A DNA stretch of 40,923 nucleotides from a virus (lineage: Duplodnaviria > Caudoviricetes), in the IMG/VR virus record IMGVR_UViG_3300037483_000436, positions 1 through 40,923 of that record, one strand, 5' to 3'. The notes beneath the pieces were generated by a model. The model was not told the DNA's origin and searched no databases. It worked only from the letters and a program-made list of their open reading frames with translations. Shown one piece after another: positions 32,807-40,923 of this stretch. Position numbers and translations under genes: made by a program. Every line of letters starts with the position of its first letter. Positions within the stretch are counted from its first letter, which is position 1.

Positions 32807-33763
32807 TTACGCCGTGATGTTCCCCAGCACGTACTTCGCGCCCGAGAAAATAACCGCCTCGTCGACGTGCTGCCGCGCACGCACGATGGTCGCGCGACGC
32901 TGTTCCTCGCGATAGGTTTCGACGACCACCTCTTGCGGCGCATCCTCCTGCCACAGGAACGTGCGGCCGTAGGCCGGCTCGCGCAGGCTCAGGCCGCCGC
33001 TGGAGACGCGGATCAGCGCGACATACTCGTCGTCCCAGATATCCGCCAGCGAGAACACCTGCCCTTTTTTTGCGCTGTCGTACTGCGCGCCACCGACCAG
33101 CACCTGGTCCACGCCGAAGTACGTCGCGAGCACGCGCCGCTGTACCTCCATCCCGCCCAGCTCGATCGGGTTGGTGTATTTCAGCGCGTCCTTGAGCTCT
33201 GCGGTACTGAGCACGTTGGTGAACGCGGTGTAGCCCATCACCAGCGCGTTGGGCAGCAGGCCCGAGGCCGCGCGCATCGCAAGTTTGCCCGCGTTGATGT
33301 TGGTGCGCGGCACCGCGGTGGCCGCGGTCGACCACTCGATGCTGATATTGGCATCGGCGCTCGCGAAGCACAGCGCGGCGCAGCGCCGCTCCTGGCCGCG
33401 CAGGATGCGATCGACCGCGATCTCGGTCGAGACCTGCTCGGCGTCGAAAAAGCGCCGGTACAGGCGCGCCTCGACATCGTCGACGGGTTCCTCCCAGCCG
33501 TATTCCTCGCAGTTGTAGGTACCGGTCTCGAATTTCCAGTCACCGCGCTGGTAGTCGCCGTTCGCCTGGCGCCGGGTGTCCTGGTCTTTGATCAGCGACT
33601 CGATCGGGATCACCGGATAGTCGGCGGTTTTTTCGGGCACTTCAAACATCGGCATGATCGACATGCAGATGAAACCGCGATCCGCGGCGTCGATCAGGTA
33701 CTCGTAGGCCAGCGAGCCGAGATCGGGCCGCTGGACAGTTGTTGCAGATGTTGGACGGGGCAT
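32807..33763 (-). CDS. Major capsid protein (lambda gpE-like)
   Basis: Position after decoration and protease; Y.CEEYG.EEPVDD, PNALV.G, DIW.D.Y, GRTF.W, YREE..R..IVR.R; AGGAG RBS. Confidence 0.85.
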   Translation of the reverse strand: MPRPTSATTVQRPDLGSLAYEYLIDAADRGFICMSIMPMFEVPEKTADYPVIPIESLIKDQDTRRQANGDYQRGDWKFETGTYNCEEYGWEEPVDDVEARLYRRFFDAEQVSTEIAVDRILRGQERRCAALCFASADANISIEWSTAATAVPRTNINAGKLAMRAASGLLPNALVMGYTAFTNVLSTAELKDALKYTNPIELGGMEVQRRVLATYFGVDQVLVGGAQYDSAKKGQVFSLADIWDDEYVALIRVSSGGLSLREPAYGRTFLWQEDAPQEVVVETYREEQRRATIVRARQHVDEAVIFSGAKYVLGNITA

Positions 33764-33788
33764 GTTCGTTGCTCCTAAAAAGTTGTTT

Positions 33789-33826
33789 GCGATTCGGCCG
33801 AATCAGTGCGATCCGGCCGAATCAGT
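33789..33826. repeat. Two tandem 19-bp units with a palindromic core upstream of the capsid gene
   Basis: GCGATTCGGCCGAATCAGT (33789-33807) and GCGATCCGGCCGAATCAGT (33808-33826); GATTCGGCCGAATC is a perfect palindrome. Confidence 0.8.
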
Positions 33827-33842
33827 GTTGGGATCAGTGCGC

Positions 33843-34817
33843 TTACGCGGTCAGCAATTTGCGCTTGTACTCGAGCCAGATCGCGGATACCGCGAGCGTG
33901 TCGGTGGTGTGTGCGCCCGGTGTCAATCCGATCGTGAGGGATTGCGAGCTGACCGGAATGTCTGCGTTAGCGATCGTGGCCGTATACTCGGCATAGCTCG
34001 CGCCAGTGACGGCACCCGTCGCGTCGACGACCTTGGTATCGCCCTCGTTGAAAAACGAATCGACTGCGATGGTCGGCGTGTCGGTTGCGCCCGCCATAGC
34101 CGCACGGATGTGCAGCACCAGGTCCGCAGTGTCGTCGAAGTCCGGCGGCAGCGGCATCTGAAAAATCACCTGATCCATGTTGCTCGCTGCCCACAGCACC
34201 CGCTGGCAACCGTCGGTGGCATCGTTAATCGCGGAGAGCACCGGCGTCGTATCGCTCGCCAGCAGCCCGCCGTTGGCGGCGATGTTGCCGACATCGAATG
34301 CCGTCGCTTCCCGCAGCGACGTGAGCGGAACAGCGAAAAACGCCTGCACGGAAAACATGTTCTGGTAGATCTCTGCGATCGCCGCTTCCACCGTGGTCTG
34401 CGCGGTGAATCCGCCGGAATCCGCCAGCGACGTGCCCGCCCCCGTATTTCCGACAACGATGAATTGCACCCACTCGACGACGTCGAGATCTGCGGTCGCC
34501 GCCTCGATCGCGATGCCGATGGCAGCCCCAGAGCTGGTGTCCGCAATTTTTCCGTCGGCCGCGCCGTAGAGTGTTGCGCCTACGGCGAAGGCCTCCGAGG
34601 CAACACCCTCGACGCTGCCCTGCAACGTGCGCAGGTTGACCGTGACGATAGTGCTGATCGCGGCGTCGGCCGCGGTGATGCCGATGTGCTGCTCGCCGGC
34701 GTCGGCGTACTCGACCTCGGGCGGCGTGGTGGTGGTGCCGCTCTTGATTTTGACGCGGCGCTTTTCGAGCAGTGCTTCGCCGGCGGTGAACGCGCGGCTG
34801 CCGTTGTTGTAGGACAT
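33843..34817 (-). CDS. Capsid decoration/cement protein (DUF2190-like) with an extra C-terminal domain
   Basis: FTAGEAL..KRRVK..YADAGE..IG.T..A.EA..VG..LY.A.DGK.....G..IG.A.EAA.A..D.VE in the first ~120 aa. Confidence 0.75.
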   Translation of the reverse strand: MSYNNGSRAFTAGEALLEKRRVKIKSGTTTTPPEVEYADAGEQHIGITAADAAISTIVTVNLRTLQGSVEGVASEAFAVGATLYGAADGKIADTSSGAAIGIAIEAATADLDVVEWVQFIVVGNTGAGTSLADSGGFTAQTTVEAAIAEIYQNMFSVQAFFAVPLTSLREATAFDVGNIAANGGLLASDTTPVLSAINDATDGCQRVLWAASNMDQVIFQMPLPPDFDDTADLVLHIRAAMAGATDTPTIAVDSFFNEGDTKVVDATGAVTGASYAEYTATIANADIPVSSQSLTIGLTPGAHTTDTLAVSAIWLEYKRKLLTA

Positions 34818-34898
34818 GATCGAAAAATCCTTTTTAGAAAGAGGATGGGGATGACGGACGATTCAAACCGGCGCGCCACAGCGGGCGCGCGCCGCGGA

Positions 34899-35429
34899 TC
34901 AGGCCGCCTTGCGATTCGCGTTGCGCGCGGTAATCCAGGCCGCATGCGCGTCCGGCAGATCGTGCGTGGCCTGCACGATTGCCCGGCCGCGCGATTGCCC
35001 GGCCGCGACATGCGCGGCCACTGCGGCATCGAACGCCTCGGCCGTGTCGATCTTGGGCGCAGCGACCGTGTTCGCGGGTGCCGGCGCATGCGGCGCGGGC
35101 TTGGGCGCGTCTGCGTTCAGCGCGGCGAGCGTGCTTTTGCCGAGCGCGCGCTCGGCGGCCAGCACCTGCATTGCCGCCTGTTCGCCGCTCGTCGTGCCGT
35201 CGAACGCCAGCGCAGAGATCAGCGCCTCGTGCCCAGGCAGCGCCTGCGCCTCGACGGCGCGGATGCGCTCGCGTTCGATGCGCGCGCCCTCGGTGCGGCC
35301 CTCGGCCAGGCCTTCGGCGCGGCCGGCCGTCACACCCTCGGCGCGGCCCGTGGCCGCACCCTCGTCCAGGATCGATTGCACGAGTGCCGGGTGTTCAGTT
35401 TCGAGCTGAGCTCTGTTCATACTAGTCAT
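34899..35429 (-). CDS. Nested in-frame scaffold protein (Nu3-like)
   Basis: Internal ATG (MTSMNRAQLETEHP) preceded by GAAGGGG after a flexible linker; G...ER.RI..V motif. Confidence 0.6.
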   Translation of the reverse strand: MTSMNRAQLETEHPALVQSILDEGAATGRAEGVTAGRAEGLAEGRTEGARIERERIRAVEAQALPGHEALISALAFDGTTSGEQAAMQVLAAERALGKSTLAALNADAPKPAPHAPAPANTVAAPKIDTAEAFDAAVAAHVAAGQSRGRAIVQATHDLPDAHAAWITARNANRKAA

Positions 35430-36386
35430 ACTAGTCCCCTTCGTTGAGATGATCGAAATCGACGCAGCACCGGCGCCACTTGCGAAAGCACCCGCTCCCG
35501 GCGCGACACCGGCGCCGGTCGAGCCATCCTGCGGCCGCCGGCGCACGTAGCGGCCCGCGGCTAAATCGGCGATCAACACATCGAGCGTGGCAGCACCGTC
35601 CACGAGCCCCGCGTTGACCGCCTGGCGGCCGATGAAAATACGACCATCAGCCATGTCGTTGAGCACCGTCTCCGTCGACACATCGCGCTGGCGCGCGACA
35701 TCCTCGACGAACACGCTGTAGATCGCATCGACGAACGCCTGCAGATATTCGCGCCCCGCCTCCGACAGCGGCTCGACATCCGAGGCCATGCGTTTGTAAC
35801 GACCTGCGTAAATGTCGGTGGTCTTGATGCCCGCCTTGGTCTCGGCGCCCGAGTAGTCGACGTGCTGCATCGCCACCCCGATCGAGCCGACTATGTCCGT
35901 GTCGGAACCCAGAAATACCGCATCCGTCGCCGAGCCGATCCAATACGCACCGCTCGCCATAAACCCATCGACCCAGGCAACGACAGGTTTGTCGTTCGAG
36001 CGCGCCGCCATCACCTGGCGCGCCAGCTCCTGCACACCATCGACGCTGCCACCCGGCGAATCTATCGATAGAATCACCGCGAGCACGTCGCGCTCGTCGA
36101 GCGCCCTCGCGAGATCACGCCCGAGAATCTGCGTCGACGCGCCGCCCGAGATGCGCGTGAACATGTTCATCCGCTTCGCCAGCACCCCCTCGACGGGCAA
36201 CACCGCGACGCGGTCCACGATCGAGTAGCCACGCTCCTCCGTCGCCGGTTTCTCACCGAACTGCGCGCGCAGCGCATCGATGTCAATTTTCTCCCCGCGC
36301 AAATGCCGGCCGTAGATCTCCGTGATCTCGCGTAGTTTGTCCGGCACGATCGCCCAGGGAGAGTTCAGCACGTCGAGAATTTTCAT
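34899..36386 (-). CDS. S49 prohead protease (lambda gpC-like) with a C-terminal scaffold
   Basis: IDSPGG.V.G, MASGAYWIGSA, VGSIGV, GR.F.G.QA..AGLVD; ATG at 36386. Confidence 0.9.
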   Translation of the reverse strand: MKILDVLNSPWAIVPDKLREITEIYGRHLRGEKIDIDALRAQFGEKPATEERGYSIVDRVAVLPVEGVLAKRMNMFTRISGGASTQILGRDLARALDERDVLAVILSIDSPGGSVDGVQELARQVMAARSNDKPVVAWVDGFMASGAYWIGSATDAVFLGSDTDIVGSIGVAMQHVDYSGAETKAGIKTTDIYAGRYKRMASDVEPLSEAGREYLQAFVDAIYSVFVEDVARQRDVSTETVLNDMADGRIFIGRQAVNAGLVDGAATLDVLIADLAAGRYVRRRPQDGSTGAGVAPGAGAFASGAGAASISIISTKGTSMTSMNRAQLETEHPALVQSILDEGAATGRAEGVTAGRAEGLAEGRTEGARIERERIRAVEAQALPGHEALISALAFDGTTSGEQAAMQVLAAERALGKSTLAALNADAPKPAPHAPAPANTVAAPKIDTAEAFDAAVAAHVAAGQSRGRAIVQATHDLPDAHAAWITARNANRKAA

Positions 36387-36417
36387 CGCGGTCCCTTGAT
36401 TTTCGACGTATGAAATC

Positions 36418-38052
36418 TCAGTCCTGTTCCGGCTGATCCGCCGGCGGTTCCTCCGGCGATGCAGCAGCCGGCACCGTCTCAACAAGCACCCCCGCCTTTT
36501 TGCGCTTCTCGCGCTCGCGCCCCGCCTGCACCACGTTCGCCTCCCAGTCGCGCCCGTCGTACGCGGCGGTCTCGGTCTGCAGCGTGGTGAGGTTCAGCGC
36601 CAGGCGCTTCTCGACCGCGGTGACTTCTTTCGCCGGGTCGATCGAGCCCGGCCCGTCGCCCTGCCACTCGGCGCCGCACCACGCCATGCGCCGCAACGGA
36701 TCGCGAAAAAATCCCGGCGCCACGAGCCGTCCCGAGGCGATCGCCTCGGCGAGAAACGTCTCGTAGATCGGCTGGCAGAATTTCGTTGCGAGCCACGCGC
36801 GCCGCACGAAGAAAAATTTCCACGCCTGCAACAGCGCCGCGCGCGCCGCCGAGTAGCTCGCTGTGAAGTGCATCACCAGCACCTCGTACGGAATCCCCAG
36901 ACGCACCCCCACCTGGCGCAGGATCGACATCACGAACGCATCGAACGAGGTGTTCGGCCGCGACGGGTCGGCGAAATCCACTCTCTCGTTCGGCGCCATA
37001 TCGAGGATCGCGCCGCCCGCCATTTTCAGATCGGTGTCGCTGGCGCTGGCGCCGGTCTCCTTGCCCATCGCCTGCTGATTCGCGAGATCGAGCCCCGGGC
37101 CCTCAGAGTGCACGAACACCGTGAACAGGCCCGACACCACCGCCGCCATGATCTCGGCCTCGGTGTAGCGGTCGAGCTGTTTGAGCGTCTCGATCACCGG
37201 CGCGAGATACGGCTCGCCGCGCGTTTGTCCGGGCCGCTGCCGCCCGAACAGGTGCAGCACATTGCGCCGGCCGGTGCGCGCGCCGAACGCCTCGTAACGG
37301 TCCCACTCGCGCGCCCTGACGTGCAGGTTGCCGGGATGCTGGCGCAGGATGTGGTAGCCCACGGGCGCGCCGCTCTCGTCCATCTCCACGCCCGCGGCGA
37401 GCGTTGGTTTGTCCACGGCGTTACCCGGATTGCACACCCGGTCCGCTTCGAGCACCTGCAGTTTGAGCCCGTAGGGATGACCCGCGCGCGGCACCGAGGG
37501 CAGCAGCGCGAACACGTCGCCCGACTCCAGCGTCGCGCGAAACACCAGATCCTGCAGCTCGTAGAAATTCTGCGTGCGAGTGATATCGCACTCCGGCGAG
37601 TTACACCACAGCGAAAACTCCAGCTCAGCGCGCCGCTGCCAGGCGCTCGCCGCCGCCTCGTCCAGGCCGAGCGCCTCGGCGTTGATGCGCGACTGCAGCA
37701 TCAGCCCGGTGCCCACCACGTTCACCGCCACCGTGTTGATCGCCCCGCCGGCAAGCGGCGCATTGCGCACCAAGTCGCGCGAGCGGTCGCGCAGCAGCGG
37801 CAGATCCGGCAGCAGGTCCGCGTCCGCGCTCGCCCCACGCGAATATTTCCACCCCGAGGTCTGGCGCCGTGTGGTCGAGCCGCCGACGTAGCCGCCGACG
37901 ATCGCCTGCGCGATGCGCGCCCGCGCGCGCCGCTCGCCGCGCACCGGATCGAAATAATTGACGATCCGATCCGCCAGCGTCGGCGCCGCCCCGCGCGCGA
38001 TCTCCGCCCGCAGCGCCCGCCGGTCAACGCGTGACTCTTTAACCTCGTGCAT
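36418..38052 (-). CDS. Portal protein, lambda family
   Basis: LR.RSRDL.RN.PLA.GA, VG.GL, LESGD.F, RPGQ.RG.P.LAPV, SYSAARAALL, IDP.KE. Confidence 0.95.
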   Translation of the reverse strand: MHEVKESRVDRRALRAEIARGAAPTLADRIVNYFDPVRGERRARARIAQAIVGGYVGGSTTRRQTSGWKYSRGASADADLLPDLPLLRDRSRDLVRNAPLAGGAINTVAVNVVGTGLMLQSRINAEALGLDEAAASAWQRRAELEFSLWCNSPECDITRTQNFYELQDLVFRATLESGDVFALLPSVPRAGHPYGLKLQVLEADRVCNPGNAVDKPTLAAGVEMDESGAPVGYHILRQHPGNLHVRAREWDRYEAFGARTGRRNVLHLFGRQRPGQTRGEPYLAPVIETLKQLDRYTEAEIMAAVVSGLFTVFVHSEGPGLDLANQQAMGKETGASASDTDLKMAGGAILDMAPNERVDFADPSRPNTSFDAFVMSILRQVGVRLGIPYEVLVMHFTASYSAARAALLQAWKFFFVRRAWLATKFCQPIYETFLAEAIASGRLVAPGFFRDPLRRMAWCGAEWQGDGPGSIDPAKEVTAVEKRLALNLTTLQTETAAYDGRDWEANVVQAGREREKRKKAGVLVETVPAAASPEEPPADQPEQD

Positions 38053-38061
38053 GCCGGCCCC

Positions 38062-38283
38062 TTAAATCGGCGTTACACCGCGCACGCGGATTCCGCCGCT
38101 ACCACCGCTCTCGAGCCGCGCGACAATCCGCCGCCAGTACTCGATATTCTCCGTGAGGTCCTTCAGGGATGGCGGTCGCGCCGAACGGCTGCCGATCGAA
38201 TACTCCCCGCGCAGCACCCGCGCGTGCGCCGCGATCGCAGCATCCAGCGCCGCCTGCGCATCCACCAGCGAGATATCAGCCAT
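38062..38283 (-). CDS. Head completion protein (gpW-like)
   Basis: L..A...L.....A...VL.G.YSIG.R....P.L..L...I.YW; between terminase and portal. Confidence 0.8.
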   Translation of the reverse strand: MADISLVDAQAALDAAIAAHARVLRGEYSIGSRSARPPSLKDLTENIEYWRRIVARLESGGSGGIRVRGVTPI

Positions 38284-38295
38284 GTCGTCCCTCGA

Positions 38296-40332
38296 TCAAT
38301 ACGTCACCCCAGCATGCCGCACACCACGGCGCCGCGATGCGAGCGCTGGCGACGCAGACACCTGCACGGATTCCACCGCACCCACATCCCGACCGATCTG
38401 AACAAACAGATCGCCCGCCGCAGCCCTCAGCCCGGCCTCGAGTTTATCCCACGAGGTTCGCGCGAGCCCCGCGTAGATCGCCGCGGCGTAGGCATATACC
38501 TCCAGATCGAGAGCCTCGTTGCGCGCTGCCGCGTCTTTCTCCCAACTCGTTCGCTTGTATCCGCGCACGTATTTCGTGACCTTGCGCTCGGAGGTGAGCT
38601 GCTGGTAATAGGCATCCGGCAGCCCGTGCGGGAAATGCATCGCGCCCGGTCCGCCGACGGTGATCGCGAGGCGCGCGAAAATTTTGCTCTTCGCCGTGTC
38701 GGTGCCGATCGGCCACACCTGGCCGCCGTTCGGAATCGTTTTCCCGCGGTGGTTGATCTCCACAGGCGTGGGCCGGCCGAGCACCGTTTTGCCCGCCTGT
38801 GATTGGCCCTTGGCCGCGATGATGTGCCGGTGCACGCGCGGCGCGCACCAGGCGTACACCGTCTGCGCGCGATAGCCTGAATCGACCACCGTCGCCAGAA
38901 TGCGCAGCGGCACGCCCCACTCGTGCGCGAAGCTGCGCTGCAGGTAGCGGTCCAGCTCATCCCATACCTGCGACTGCTCGGTGTCCCCGTAGAGCACCTG
39001 GTAGTCGACGAGCCAGGATTCCTCGCCGCGACCCCAGCCCTTGACCTTCACCTCGATGCGATCGCCCTGCACGTCGACGCCCGCGGTCAGGAACAATCCG
39101 CCCGCCGGCACTATCTGCAGCCGGTAATCCTCGGCGCGCTGCCGCAGCGCCAGGTCGGAAACGCTTTCCGCGCGCAACCAGAATGGCTCCGCCTTGACCG
39201 TGTTGGTCCAGATCTTGAGCAGTTCCCCGGTTGGATCTTTGTCCGCGCGCAGTCGCTGCTCCACCGCCTCGGGCCACGCGAACCAACCGAGCGGCGAATA
39301 GAACGCCGGGAGATGGAAGCCCGCCCGCGGCGAGGACGGATCCTCTGCGACCCATTGCCCAGCCGCCAGCATCGCCGTTTTGTGATGCTCCTCGATGCGC
39401 TCGCCGCAGTGCGCGCACTCGTACCACACGCCGAGCAACTTGCCGGTATCGCGCTCGAGCGCGCCCTCGGTGTCCGGCGCGACCTCGACGATCTCGCCGT
39501 CATCGGTGCGCGTGATCTCCCAGACGTGCCGCGTCTCCCAGCGGAATTGCTCCCACACCAGCGCCTGGCGCTCGCCGCAATGCGGGCAGGGCAGGTGGTA
39601 ATGCCGTCGATCACTTCTCAGCCAGTGCGCCCAGATTTTCGACCGCCCGCCTTTGGTCGGCGTCGAGGTCCGAAAAATTTTGCGCCGGAGTTTGTACGTG
39701 TCAGTTCGTTTCTCGGCGAGCTCGTCGGCGGGCCCCTGGCCGTCGACATCGTCGGGGTACTCGTCCAGCTCGTCCATGAACAGGTAGCGCACCGGCATCG
39801 ATTTCAACTCGGCCGCGCTGTTCGCCCCGGTGATCACCAGCACCCCACCGGGAAAATCCTTCATCGTCATGCTGTTCGCGTTGTCGCGCGAACGATCGCT
39901 GATTTTCTCGCGCAGCCGCGGCGTCGCCTCGATCATGCGCGCCAGCCGCATACGCGAGCTGCGTTTGCCGGTGTTCGAGGTCGGCATCACCATCATCATC
40001 GGGCCCGGTGCCTGATCAATTACGAACCCGACAAAATTATTCCCCGTCTCGGTTTTGCCATTCTGATTGCCGGCGACGAACGTCACCTCCTGCGTCGGGT
40101 CGCTCGGCGAGAGCACCTGCATGATCTCGCGCGTGGCCGGCACGCGGTCGGTGCACCACGGACCCGGCTCCGCCGTGATGTCCGAGGACAGCACCCGGTA
40201 GCGGTCGGCCCACTCCCACACCGTCAGGTCCGGATCAGGCCGGATCGCCCGCGCGAAAATCTCCGAGTCAAACGCCCAGAGATCTCTCAGTCCCTCCGGC
40301 AATCTCAGTGATGGCAGTGTCGGAGAGTTCAT
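38296..40332 (-). CDS. Terminase large subunit (lambda gpA family)
   Basis: V.EWAD.YR, Q.GKTE Walker A, YLF.DE.D.YP, STPT, CP.CG..Q, LTAGVDVQ, DSG, RNEALD. Confidence 0.95.
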   Translation of the reverse strand: MNSPTLPSLRLPEGLRDLWAFDSEIFARAIRPDPDLTVWEWADRYRVLSSDITAEPGPWCTDRVPATREIMQVLSPSDPTQEVTFVAGNQNGKTETGNNFVGFVIDQAPGPMMMVMPTSNTGKRSSRMRLARMIEATPRLREKISDRSRDNANSMTMKDFPGGVLVITGANSAAELKSMPVRYLFMDELDEYPDDVDGQGPADELAEKRTDTYKLRRKIFRTSTPTKGGRSKIWAHWLRSDRRHYHLPCPHCGERQALVWEQFRWETRHVWEITRTDDGEIVEVAPDTEGALERDTGKLLGVWYECAHCGERIEEHHKTAMLAAGQWVAEDPSSPRAGFHLPAFYSPLGWFAWPEAVEQRLRADKDPTGELLKIWTNTVKAEPFWLRAESVSDLALRQRAEDYRLQIVPAGGLFLTAGVDVQGDRIEVKVKGWGRGEESWLVDYQVLYGDTEQSQVWDELDRYLQRSFAHEWGVPLRILATVVDSGYRAQTVYAWCAPRVHRHIIAAKGQSQAGKTVLGRPTPVEINHRGKTIPNGGQVWPIGTDTAKSKIFARLAITVGGPGAMHFPHGLPDAYYQQLTSERKVTKYVRGYKRTSWEKDAAARNEALDLEVYAYAAAIYAGLARTSWDKLEAGLRAAAGDLFVQIGRDVGAVESVQVSASPALASRRRGVRHAGVTY

Positions 40333-40870
40333 TTAGCACCCGCCTGATCTCGCCGGCTATCGCAGCATGCACGCGAGCCGCATCGCGCTCGGCCGCCACG
40401 ACCGGCGCCAGTCGGTCCGCGATATTCACGAGCTGATCCCGCATCGACCGATAGCGACGGAACCGCACAGCCTCATCAACGTCAGCAGGCACCACTCGCC
40501 CGAGCGACTCCAGATAATCGAGCTCCGCCTGCGCCGCGCGGAACCGCTCGCTTTTGGCCCGCTCAACGTGATACCCGTGTGGATCTGTTCTCGCCAGCCG
40601 ATCCGCGCTTTCCGACGCGGGCGACGCAGCATCACGCACCAGCGCGCCGTTGGGATTGATGATGGTCCCGCTTTTAGCCGCGGCCGCCGGGTCCGTGCGC
40701 GCGTCCCAGCACCTCATCGCCTCCTCCAGCTCGATCGCCACCAATCGCCCAGACGATCCTCGTCTCACAGCCGACTGGGGGATCCGTCCGGTCGCGACCG
40801 CCTTGAGCACAGCCGGCGGGCTCACGCCTCGCCGCCGCGCAACTTCCCTCACTGCGACCCATTCGGCCAT
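40268..40870 (-). CDS. Terminase small subunit (Nu1-like)
   Basis: N-terminal wHTH (REVARRRGVS..AV.KAV..GRI), RA..E..RA..AEL.Y....G.VV coiled coil; overlaps the terL start. Confidence 0.85.
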   Translation of the reverse strand: MAEWVAVREVARRRGVSPPAVLKAVATGRIPQSAVRRGSSGRLVAIELEEAMRCWDARTDPAAAAKSGTIINPNGALVRDAASPASESADRLARTDPHGYHVERAKSERFRAAQAELDYLESLGRVVPADVDEAVRFRRYRSMRDQLVNIADRLAPVVAAERDAARVHAAIAGEIRRVLNELSDTAITEIAGGTERSLGV

Positions 40871-40912
40871 GTGGTAACCCTGCGAGCATTCGTTAACTAG
40901 CCCGATATCGCG

Positions 40913-40923
40913 CCTTTGCAAGC
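40913..40923. repeat. Right copy of the 11-bp terminal direct repeat (putative cohesive end)
   Basis: CCTTTGCAAGC, identical to 1-11; 42 nt upstream of the terS ATG. Confidence 0.8.

Larger units (their letters stand above)
1..40923. mobile_element. Complete linear genome of a lambda-like (cos-packaging) siphovirus with a GTA-like tail tip; no integrase or CI seen
   Basis: Full head-neck-tail-lysis gene order plus replication and recombination modules; identical 11-mer at both ends next to the terminase genes; no host housekeeping genes. Confidence 0.93.

Noticed and set aside
17952-40311. Many long + strand ORFs opposite the structural genes (e.g. 17952-19484, 24144-25379, 32414-33778, 33762-35447, 38923-40311)
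   Set aside because: Shadow ORFs expected in high-GC DNA; no motifs or RBS, while the minus-strand genes have clear family signatures
1-40923. Frequent GCGATCGC/CGATCG (HIP1-like)
   Set aside because: Plausibly explained by GCG-ATC-GCN codon usage in a GC-rich genome; not counted against a codon-aware null, so not claimed

Overview
The window reads as one complete, linear, GC-rich siphovirus genome of lambda-like packaging type. The same 11-mer (CCTTTGCAAGC) begins and ends the sequence. It is flanked by a TCGCG/CGCGA dyad and has a lambda cosQ heptamer (GGGTCCT) 21 nt away, immediately upstream of the terminase genes, so the ends look like real cos ends. There are three transcription blocks. 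(1) Minus strand 4922->87: Cro-like regulator, O-like initiator with iterons, DnaB/T7-gp4-type helicase, GapR/DsbA-like protein, RusA, a Dam-class methyltransferase with internal 48-bp repeats, and a Q-like regulator. (2) Plus strand 5129->13225: early accessory genes, a YqaJ exonuclease with a putative annealing protein, many microproteins, structured non-coding tracts and an XRE HTH. (3) Minus strand 40870->13438: terminase, gpW, lambda-type portal, S49 protease/scaffold, decoration protein, capsid, neck module, duplicated tail terminator, tail tube, frameshifted chaperones, tape measure, GTA-like tail tip, fibre and lysis genes. I found no integrase, CI repressor, partition system, CRISPR array or reverse transcriptase. 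The most unusual signals are: a four-operator divergent switch with no CI gene; a 77-nt CCA-ended tRNA-like element plus a related ~280-nt hairpin/T-loop-rich tract and anti-Shine-Dalgarno hairpins in the early region (a candidate RNA-based regulatory system); and a second tail-terminator copy fused to a fibre-like repeat region. All family calls come from motif recognition by eye, not database searches.
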